64,000 bases of DNA from Selaginella moellendorffii (lineage: Eukaryota > Plantae > Lycopodiophyta): assembly GCF_000143415.4 (NCBI RefSeq), contig NW_003314266.1, forward strand, positions 1,634,463 through 1,698,462, given 5' to 3'. Position numbers and translations under genes: made by a program. The notes under the pieces were generated by a model. It did no database searches. It was not told where the DNA came from and worked only from the letters and a program-made list of their open reading frames with translations. Below, piece by piece: positions 22,738 through 32,384 of this stretch; the stretch's first letter is position 1, and each line of letters opens with the position of its first letter.

Positions 22738-23551
22738 TCCGGATGGAAATCTGGCGGCCTTCTCACCCAGCGATCGGCATTCGAGACTCAAGCTCGCTCC
22801 TCCATCGCCGGCCGATCGACGAAGAAAGGATTCGCTTAAGCAAGAAATGAATTAACAAACCGAACGAGACTAGAAACCCTAAAGAAAACCGGGGTTTTTG
22901 CAGAACTAGACTGGATTGGAGAAACGCTTTGGCGTCCATTAACTTTCTTCTTTCACGGAAATGTTTTACTGGCCCCCCGTGATGCTCGTACGGTCGGTAC
23001 GTGCCCTGGCGTATCGCGCGTGCCACCTGGTTTAATCATGTCGGGGGAGGGTAAAAATCAAAACGCCCGCAGATGAAATGAAGGAATGTGGAAGTCGAAT
23101 AAAGTAAATTTTCGCGGGTGGGAATTTCCCGGGATTGGATATAGTGACCCGTCAGCCATTGTCTGTGGGCGTCATGCATATTCGCCAAGCACAAGGAAAC
23201 AAGATTCCATTGGGGCAAATTTTTTAGAGCCCGATGTTTTGGCGGGCTTTAGGTTTTAAAAAAGATTTTCTAGGCATTGGGTAGGACGCCACCTTCAACA
23301 AGTCAAAAGGCACTCAACAAACTTGCCTGATGGATCACCGATCCTTACAGTATCATGCTATGATTTGGTTCCACTTGTTTAGGGTTTCTTGTCCAGAAAA
23401 TTGGAAATGGATGCTTCGATCACACAGCATGAGCTTTCGGTTGGTTGGATCTGGACTTTGCAACAATGGAAGTTTCAAAAGGAGGCTCTACTTTTTCTTA
23501 ATGGTAGAAAAGTAGCAAGAGATTCCCTCCTCATGATCCGGAAAGGAAATG

Positions 23552-25357
23552 CTAAAGCTTTGATGATTCCTCGGAATAATTAGCTAACAGGACGTAAGGC
23601 GCGCCATCTCCGGGTGCCAGCACTAGCATATTTTGAGCTGCTAAAGCAGCGATGTAGTTTGTGTTCGTCGCTCTAGAACATCCTCCAAGCAAAGCACCCC
23701 AAGAGACTCTATCTGGCTCAAATGGCATATTCTTCACAAGATCGTCTGCTCTGGAGGCCTGGCCCGACCTTGCAAGGATATCGATTAGCGTGCAATAATG
23801 TTCCCTCCATGGCTCCAAGCCATAGTCCGCCACCATTTGGATAAAATAATGCAATGCCAGTGACACCATTCCAATGTGGCTACACGCCACCAAAACGCTC
23901 ATAAACGATATGGGATTTGGATCTTGGCCGTTGATCTTCATGTCGTGGAACGCATCTAGCGATTCGTGGGCGTGGCCTGTGTGGGCGTACCCAGCAATCA
24001 GAGTCGTCCACGTCACCACATTCGTTTCGATGGTGGCGTCAAAGATTCCCCTGGCGCGGATTTGCCGGCCATTACGGGAATATGCCGCGATCAAGGCCGT
24101 GGACGAGATCACATCTCGCTGTGGCATGGAATCGAATATTTCTTTTGCTTCGTCCGGGTATCCACCCACCGCATATCCCGTGATCATGGTATTACAAGAG
24201 ATGGTAGACAACTTTGGTATGGAATCAAATAGCATCTTTGCCTGATCCGTATGCCCGGTCTGGGAATATACCTTTATCATTGCGTTCCAGCACGCTAGAT
24301 CCCTCTCTGGAGCATCCTCGAAAATTCTTTTCGCCTGCTCCACGTCGCCTTTCACCACATAAACCTGCATCATAGCGTTCCACGAGACAGAATCTCTCAC
24401 CGGCATCATGTCAAACATCCTCTTTACTTCTAGAATATGCCCAGACTCGGCATAAGACGTTATCATAGCGTTCCAAGAAACCACATTGTGTGTGGGCATC
24501 TTATCAAAGATTTTCTTAGCGGCATCAGTCTGTCCATTCTCCGCAAACACCGTTATCATGGTGTTCCAAGTAACGTCATCTTTCGCAGGCGCCTCCTCAA
24601 ACGCCTTCTTGGCCGCTAAAAGATGCCCATTTTGGGCATATGCTTGGATCATGGCGTTCCAGGAGATTATATTCTTCTCGGGCATTGTGTCGAAAATCCA
24701 CCTGGCGTCCTCCAGCTGGCCGTGCTGGGCAAACGCTGCCAGCATGGCAGTCCACGTCACGACATTCCTGTACGGCATACGCCCAAACACACTCCTCGCT
24801 GACTCAATATGCCCGGCTTGGGCATATGCTTGTAAGATGCTCGTCCATGAAACCACGTTGGGATTTGGAGCTTGGTCGAAGATTCTCTTGGCGGAGTGTA
24901 AGTCCTCGTTGTAAATGCAGGCCTGGATCATAGCGTTCCATGCCGCTATGTCCTTCTCGGGCATGGAGTCGAAAATACCTTGAGCCTTGGAGAGATCCCC
25001 GAGCTGGGCATAAGCCACGAAGAGCGTTGTCCAGGACGCTAGACTTCTCTTGGGCATCCGGTGGAAAATCTCCTCAGCCTCCGCAAGAGACCCATTCTGG
25101 ACGTAAGCTAGCATGAGTGCGTTCCTCGAAGAAACACCCGGATCGTCTAAACGGTCGAAGAGACCGCGAGCGTCTTCGATGCTCCCGCAGCTTCCATAGA
25201 GTTTGATGAAGAGACTTAGCAATGCCTCGTCGTGGCATTGGTCGCTGATGAGCTTTGCATGTAAGCGCTTGGCCTGGGAGAGGTCCTTGGATCTCAGGCA
25301 TGAGTTCACCAGGTAAGTTACCTGGTGAAGCTGAGAAGCTGGAACTTGAGAGAGCAT
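23552..25357 (-). CDS. PLS-class PPR protein (31-aa short motifs, partial E domain, no DYW); may have an upstream exon (see findings)
   Basis: 601-aa ORF with repeated MPEKDIAAWNAMIQA units, VLVACSHIG, HYCTLIDILARSG, MPFEPDRVSWGALLG and APYVLLANY. Confidence 0.93.
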   Translation of the reverse strand: MLSQVPASQLHQVTYLVNSCLRSKDLSQAKRLHAKLISDQCHDEALLSLFIKLYGSCGSIEDARGLFDRLDDPGVSSRNALMLAYVQNGSLAEAEEIFHRMPKRSLASWTTLFVAYAQLGDLSKAQGIFDSMPEKDIAAWNAMIQACIYNEDLHSAKRIFDQAPNPNVVSWTSILQAYAQAGHIESARSVFGRMPYRNVVTWTAMLAAFAQHGQLEDARWIFDTMPEKNIISWNAMIQAYAQNGHLLAAKKAFEEAPAKDDVTWNTMITVFAENGQTDAAKKIFDKMPTHNVVSWNAMITSYAESGHILEVKRMFDMMPVRDSVSWNAMMQVYVVKGDVEQAKRIFEDAPERDLACWNAMIKVYSQTGHTDQAKMLFDSIPKLSTISCNTMITGYAVGGYPDEAKEIFDSMPQRDVISSTALIAAYSRNGRQIRARGIFDATIETNVVTWTTLIAGYAHTGHAHESLDAFHDMKINGQDPNPISFMSVLVACSHIGMVSLALHYFIQMVADYGLEPWREHYCTLIDILARSGQASRADDLVKNMPFEPDRVSWGALLGGCSRATNTNYIAALAAQNMLVLAPGDGAPYVLLANYSEESSKL

Positions 25358-25483
25358 ACCTCATGATCCAAATGATCTGTAAGCCACTTGAAAGAGTTAC
25401 TGAGAATTGCCACAAAACCGAGAAGTTTACCTGATATGAACTGAGCGAACTCGTGACGAAGCTGTGCCTCGAACTTTTCTCCT

Positions 25484-27231
25484 TCATGTGAATCGATCGA
25501 CACTGTCACAGCTACAGCTCGTCTCCAAGATGTGGTCAGCAACGCTGCTTGCTCTCCGAGCTTGGATTCTCTCAAGAACATCGGCAGTCCAGGACGAGAG
25601 GTGAGACGAATTCAAGCCGACCGACCTGTCTTTGTAGAAGAGAAAGCACTCGAGTACCTGGGTCTTGGTATCGTAAGGGCAGTCCGGACCATCGGGGTCT
25701 CTCCAGGCTCCTTCATGCTTGAGCCCAGTCCAGTCCGCTAGCCACGTATAAATGTACTGCCCGACTCCCGCAAACTCTAGCCAGCCTTTTGGAAAGAGTT
25801 CCATGACACTTCCACCCCTCGGCATGAACATCATGTTTGTGAGCTGTGCGCCGTGAGCAGTCAGAAGAACGTCGCTCTTGCTCATCACTTCCACCTGAGT
25901 TCACAGAACCATAGACATCAACTTCCAGGAGAGTGAAAAACCAAGAGCCAAGATACCTGTTCGCAAAAGCTCAAGTTGCCGATCGAAACGATGTCGAGTT
26001 TGCATCCCTTGACCATTGCACACTGCTCCGAGACAGCACTAACAACACCAGATAAGTTGCTGAATTCTCTCGGCCCCGACCGCGCGACGAGAGTGATATC
26101 AATCCTTCCATCTTTGCCGCCGAGAACGAAGGACCTCGGAGCAACTTTGCAAAACTTGTAGACCTTGCAACGCACCACATCGAAGAGCCTGTTCATCCTT
26201 TCCTTGGACATCCCACCGAGGCCCCTGCGCTGGACAATGGCGTCCTCAAAGCACACCGGACCGCTTCCATACGAGCTCAAAGTGTCTGGCCTCAGCTTCA
26301 CGCCCATCGAAGCATGAAGAACGTTGGTGATCCAGTCGCCCATCTTGGTCACCATCTCTCCCCAGTGGTAAGCTACGATCCTGGCCGGGACTTTGCAGCC
26401 ATTGTCGACTCGCCAAGCCGCAAAGTTGATGATCGCGGACATGCTGTGCCAGGGATTCACGTAGTCCCAGTAGTTGTCAGCTACGAGTGTCAATCCTGGG
26501 AGATAAGTTGCGCCATCCGGTAAGAAGCCTTTCCACGCGAAGCCATACTTGTTCATGGTTCCATTGTGAGTGTGGTTGCCTTGCAAGCACAGTAGCCTCC
26601 CTTGAGAAATAGTTGACGGGAAGCGAAACTCTTCCGGCTTGCCCTGATCATCCACAGAACTTCCGTGGAGAGAGCTCATGAACCAGATGGTGTCGCCCTT
26701 GGAGAGACCCGGCTGCGACAAATCCTTGAGCTCCATCATCGTGAAACTGTGCTTGAGGTGTTCGCCCACCACCTGGAATTCGTGCCGGAGTTCTTCGAGC
26801 TCTTTCTTGGCTGTGGAGTATTTCTTCTCGTTCTCGTCCTCGAGCATTTTCTTGGCTCTAGCACACTCTTCCTGGATCTCTTTTACGGTTTCTTTCTCGA
26901 CTTTAGAAGTGGAAGATCCATCATCGCCTAGACCAGAGTTTAGCACGGAAGGAACATCGTCGCTGCCTAGAGAGACCGAAAGTACCTTTTGCAAACACTT
27001 CGCCATGGCGGCTTTGTCGCTGGAATTTCGAATGCATGCCATGGCCGCCCCTCTTGTGGACGTGCGCTCATCTGGATCTTGAGCGGCTTCCAATGCAGCA
27101 CAAATTCCTCTCGTCTCGATCGTCACAAGCTGGAGAAGAATGAAAGCCAGCAATATGAGAAGCACGCAGACGAGAAACCTGTTCGCTTTCGTCGCGACTT
27201 TGATCTTTCCCAGAGGAGCACGCTCGTCCAT
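25484..27231 (-). CDS. Glycosyltransferase family 61-like type II membrane protein (At4g33590/At4g33600-like), 2 exons
   Basis: N-terminal TM (FLVCVLLILLAFILLQL), coiled stem, LTLVADNYWDYVNPWHSMSA, PVCFEDA, R.FSN, LSFCEQ|VEVMSKSDVLLTAHGAQLTNMMFMPRGGSVMELFP. ATG 27231. Confidence 0.88.
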
Positions 27232-27481
27232 TACCACAGCTCTTCAAATCAATCCCTGGAGCTCAAAACCCTGGCGGCAGATCTAGCGAAAAACCTGTGA
27301 CACCACGATTTCTTGATGCGACTGGCGTGATCGTGCAGCAATGCGATTAAAAAACTGGAGCATTGCACCGGGAAGATCCACAAATCTCTCTCGCGCTAGC
27401 TCTAGCGGCGACATTCTTGCCCATCGAAGAAAGTGATCACAATTATAAAAAATTCACAAGCCTAGAATAAAGGTACATAGA

Positions 27482-27536
27482 CACGTGATATGCCCTCGAT
27501 GACACGGCATGGTTTAAGACACGTGTTATCCACGTA
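27482..27536. promoter_or_regulatory. G-box/ABRE cluster in the divergent GT61-PK promoter
   Basis: CACGTG at 27482 and 27520, and CCACGTA at 27530, in a ~430-bp head-to-head intergenic region. Confidence 0.45.
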
Positions 27537-27664
27537 GGTTGACCTAAAAGGCGATACTAAACGATTAAAACCCACTAGGGGAGGTCAAGGGCAGCCTTTT
27601 AAAAGAGGCAGCAGCCGCTGCTCAGGATCATCGACAGCGCCGCGAAGAACACATCTAGATCACG

Positions 27665-30050
27665 ATGCAGGCGCCACATCTCCTCCTCGAGGAGCCGATC
27701 CGCCTGGCCTCAATCCTGGAATCGTCCCCATCGGTAATGTGTTGCTCGATTCGATAGACCTAGCTCTCGATCGCGAGCTAAAGTATCCATTGTGCTCCCA
27801 GGTGCCTTCATTCTCCGCGATGACGAAGATTATCGGGACTCTGGGGCCGAAATCGCGAAGCCCTGAGGTTTTGGAGGGACTGCTCAAGGCTGGAATGTCA
27901 GGTGCTGGAATTTCTTCTATGTTGTGAGTGCGTGGTTGTAATCTTGCTCTGAGCAGTGGCGAGAATCGACTTTTCGTGGGGGGACGATGCCTACCACCAG
28001 GAAACACTGGAGAATCTTAAGAAGGCTATCAAGAACACGAAGAAGCTTTGTGGAGTATGTATTGGATGGTTTCTTCTTTTTCTTTCTTGGTTGCCCAATA
28101 AGTTAGCTCTTGTATCTCTTTCTTTTATAGGTGATGCTCGATACAACTGGTCCAGAGTTACAAGTAGTGAACAGAGGCGAGAAAAGCATCGCCTTGGAGG
28201 CTGATTCGTTGGTAACATTGACTCCTGACGACATGGTCATTGAGGCTTCTTCTGGAATCCTACCCTTAAATTTTGCTGACCTTGCATCGGTAAGTGTCAG
28301 CTCGGCTCGAATGTATGCATTGCTAACAGGCCTTAACTCAGGCTGTGAAACCGGGGGACACAATCTTTTTGGGTCAATACCTGTTCACTGGAAGTGAGAC
28401 AACTTCCGTGTGGCTAGAGGTTTGCGACATTTCTGTTGTGCGTTTTCGTGTTTTGACATGAATTTACGTAGGTTGCGGAAACGAAAGGGGATGATGTGAT
28501 CTGCACAGTTAAGAACAGTGCTACTCTAACTGGCAGCTTGTTCACTGCTCATGCCGCTCAAGTGCATATTGGTTTGCCGACACTGAGTGAATCGGACAAG
28601 AAGGTAGGCGCTTGATGAGGTTGAGATTCACTGCTTGATGCTTTGATGAATACAGATAATCTCCACATGGGGAGTGCGTAACAACATTGACTTTGTATCG
28701 CTTTCTTACACTCGACATGCTGAAGATGTGCGAAAGGTGAGTCTCCCGCTGAAATCTTGAAATTTTTTTTAGCTGGAGCGCTTTACAGGCCCGAGAGTTT
28801 CTTGCACAACTCGGAGATCTTCAGCAGACGCATGTTTTTGCAAAAATTGAAAACATCGAAGTACGTTTCGAAATCTATCAATCAATGTTGTTGGTTAAAT
28901 GTTTTCGTATTACAGGGGTTGAGACACTTCGATGAAATATTGAAGGAAGCCGACGGCATCATATTGTCACGTGGAAATCTGGGGATTGATCTCCAGCCCG
29001 AAAAAGTAAGAGCATCGTCTCTTTAACTTGATGTGTGGCTAACGTCTCCGTGCTTTCCCAGGTCTTTCTTTTTCAAAAGGCAGCCTTGTACAAATGTAAT
29101 ATGGCTGGGAAGCCAGCAGTTGTAACTCGTGTCGTGGACACCATGACTGACACCCCAAGACCAACGCGTGCTGAAGCAACTGACGTGGCTAATGCTGTTC
29201 TTGATGGTGCGTGTTTTTGTCACTTCTGCTCATTTGCATGTTTCAAATTGTCTTTGCAGGTACCGACGCTATTTTACTCGGGGCAGAGACACTACGCGGA
29301 CTCTACCCGATAGAGACAATCTCTACAGTGCGCAAGATATGCGCTGAGGTATGTATCCGAGTTTTTTCTTCGTTATTTTTTCGTTGTTTCTGGAATGCTA
29401 AAAACCACTATTGCAGGCTGAGAAGGTCTACAACCATGCTAATTACTTTAAGAAAACCGTCAAGAAAGTTGGAGAACCAATGTCTCACCTCGAATCCATT
29501 GCGTCCTCGGCGGTGAGAGCTGCTGTTAAGGTCAAGGCGTCCGTTATTGTTGTGTTTAGCTCCTCTGGACGCGCTGCCAGGTACAGTCTCTTCATTGAGC
29601 TGGATTGCCAACAGTGTGTCTTTGCTTCCGAGCAGGCTTATAGCAAAGTACAGGCCACCAATGCCTGTGCTCGTACTTGTTATTCCAAGGCTCACTACGA
29701 ACCATTTGCGCTGGACGTTCATAGGAGCTTTCCAGGTACTCACGTTGGACCTCTTTCCTTCTTTGTTTATTTTAAGGACTTGTTTAGGCAAGGCAATGCT
29801 TGGCTGTGAGAGGGCTATTTCCAATGCTTGCGGATCCTCGCCATCCGGTACGTTTGATACAGCGTCGATACGTTTTACTGGACTGTTGTTCTTGCAGGCC
29901 GAGTCCAATAGCACTACAAATGAGTCGATTCTTAGAGTGGCCCTGGATCACGGCAAAGTGGCAGGAATCATCAAACCTCACGACAGAATCGTCGTGTGCC
30001 AGAAGCTTGGAGACTCGTCGGTCGTTAAGATTATTGAACTCGACGACTGA
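27665..30050 (+). CDS. PK: Cytosolic pyruvate kinase (At2g36580/At3g52990 subgroup), many short exons
   Basis: [98 protein letters not shown]-terminal [19 protein letters not shown]. Confidence 0.96.
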
Positions 30051-30799
30051 GAAAATGCTCGCTCATGAATTTTTGTAGCATAATAACGCAGATCATTCTG
30101 CATGATACCAACATTTGCGCTATAGTGAATAAAAGATTTGCTGGTTATGACTGCATTTCATTTTAAAAAGTCGTATCTTTGGTTTATGCTCGGATTGCTA
30201 TGCCCATGCGTGTTGATGGAAGAAATTGTGAATCCTGCCAATATTTGGAAAATAACAAAGTAAAATGATATGCTCAAGCTCTCTCGAGGATTTGTAAATG
30301 CTCTTGGACTGCTCAAGCCATATGCTGCAAATAATGGGAAACAATATGGCAACAAAACTAGAAGAATCACTTGAACTTCATAATCTAGTGACTAAAGGAA
30401 AAATGAAACTTTACTAAAAACCAGAACCTAGCTGGGAATTTGCTCATACAACCCATATCCAATCGAGCTTTCAGTATTTGTGTTATAGCCAGTGAAGATT
30501 GCTAGCTCAAAGAAATGACATCAAACTTCAGCCAGCTCCTTTTCTGCCTAGCATTTTAGTTGAAAATAATAACTTGTATTTACAAAAATTAATAAATAGT
30601 ATAATTATTAATAAACCATATTATTTTAAATTTAATTTTTTTAGTAGGATTCTTATCAAAAAATTTATTTTAAAAGTGATAAAAAAATTAAAGATATACA
30701 AAATAAGAGATTAGAAAAGGAATAAGCAAGCCAAATGTTTCTATAATACAAATTATTAACACCCTTTAATCTTATCAGACCAGAGAATATTTTTTGCAA

Positions 30800-31300
30800 T
30801 GATATACAAGTTGCATAACTTAAGTTTGTTAGGAAAGATGGTTGAATTAGTGTGGATTTCAATCTTTATGAGAGATTTAATGGGCATTTGGTCTAGTGTT
30901 ATGATTCTTTCTTCAGATGCAAGAGGTCTTGGCTTTAATTTGCAAGTCCTTTGTGTATGGAATCTTGCATAAATGCAAATAGAAACACACTTGAGTCTCA
31001 TGAACCCAATTTATAAATATTTTGAACATATTGTTACAAATCCCATCACAAAATTAGCATTTCATTGCTTACCATCCTGATTGTTAAGTGTTGGAGTGAG
31101 TTTCATATGGGAAATGCTTTTATCTTTGCACAGAAATCTTGATTCACTAATATACCTTTCGTTGATCACTCTCGAGCAAGCAAAGTTTGTAAGAAACTGC
31201 TTGTAAGTCAAAGTTATGATAAAATAAATTGATCTAGTGAACAAATCTTGAGGGTTAACTTAGCTTGAAAACAAGACTCTGTCGTTCTAGGTATATCTGA
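30800..31300 (-). mobile_element. Highly degenerate Ty1/copia integrase remnant
   Basis: Minus-strand fragments KQFLTNFACSRVINERYISE.RFLCKDKSISHMKLTPTLNNQDGK and YARFHTQRTCKLKPR resemble the copia integrase motifs LRSDNG.EY...F..FC...GI.H..T.P.TPQQNG and Y.H.P...R.KL.P+. AT-rich and broken. Confidence 0.4.
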
Positions 31301-31554
31301 TGATCTGTGTGAAGTTGTTTATTTCTAACAGATTAAAAAATGTTTTCAAATTTATCCATAGCTCTTTTTTATCAGCAAGAGAAAGTAGTGCTTGTTTTGC
31401 TTAATAGGATCCTTAATCAGTTTTAAAAATATGAGATTCTAAAAAAGTAAAGTGTATAATTGTGCTAAAATCCGCATAACAGCCACTTTTACACATTGAT
31501 AGTTATTACTTTAAATTTGAACTTTTGAAAAAACCTGTAAAGGGACTCAGATGG

Positions 31555-31830
31555 CCTAGAACATGCTAGAATATTCTAGGATATTCTACCATCTAATAGC
31601 TGTTATTCATTTAGATTAATCTTGTATTTATAATTTATAAATTTGCTTAAACACTTTCTAGTATATTATTTTTTATTCTACCATCTAATGGCTGATATGC
31701 AATAAGATTAATCTAGTATTTATAAATTATAAACAAGTTTATAATTATAAAGTTTTATATGATCAATTAGATTCATAAGTAGAAATAACACTACTATTAG
31801 GCAAACCAAGCATTACTACATGCAACACAT
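31555..31830. repeat. AT-rich dispersed repeat (possible old LTR), internally duplicated; second copy at 45995-46165
   Basis: TGTTATTCATTTAGATTAATCTTGTATTTA and AAACCAAGC/AAACTAAGT...CATGCAACA are shared between the two copies. Confidence 0.6.
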
Positions 31831-32384
31831 AGCAAATTATTAAATATATAAATATATTAAAACAAAGGTAAATTTTATTAATGACTTTTGCTAAGCACCT
31901 CCTTATAATTTTATTAAATTTCTCTTTTCTTTAATTATTAATCTTATTTTCAATTTATTTTAAATGTATTAAGCTGATTTATATTTTTTTACTTATAAAA
32001 TAATTAAAAAGACTATAAAATAAAATAAAATATTCCAATGAAGTGTTATATTTTTTTTTCAGAAGTATATCCTTCTCAAATTGATGCAAGTGATTTTGAT
32101 GTGTTATCTTTAGAATCNNNNNNNNNNNNNNNNNNNNNNNNNNNNNNNNNNNNNNNNNNNNNNNNNNNNNNNNNNNNNNNNNNNNNNNNNNNNNNNNNNN
32201 NNNNNNNNNNNNNNNNNATATGATAGATTTTTGTGCTTCATATATCCCTGTGGTTGCTGAAATTATGCTTGTCAAGTGATGATTAGAAATTATGGTTCTC
32301 AGGAGCAAGGTACAGAAAACAAAGTACACTTGAAAAATAGAAGATGTAATATATATTCAACTATATTAATGATAGAAGGGCTGC

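Noticed and set aside
25431-25487. ATGA stop/start overlap at the GT61 stop, resembling operon coupling
   Set aside because: That frame (MKEKSSRH...) does not join the PPR frame with any splice I could find; likely chance.
32118-32217. ORFs spanning N runs (also 34399-34676)
   Set aside because: Assembly gaps; X-containing ORFs are artefacts.
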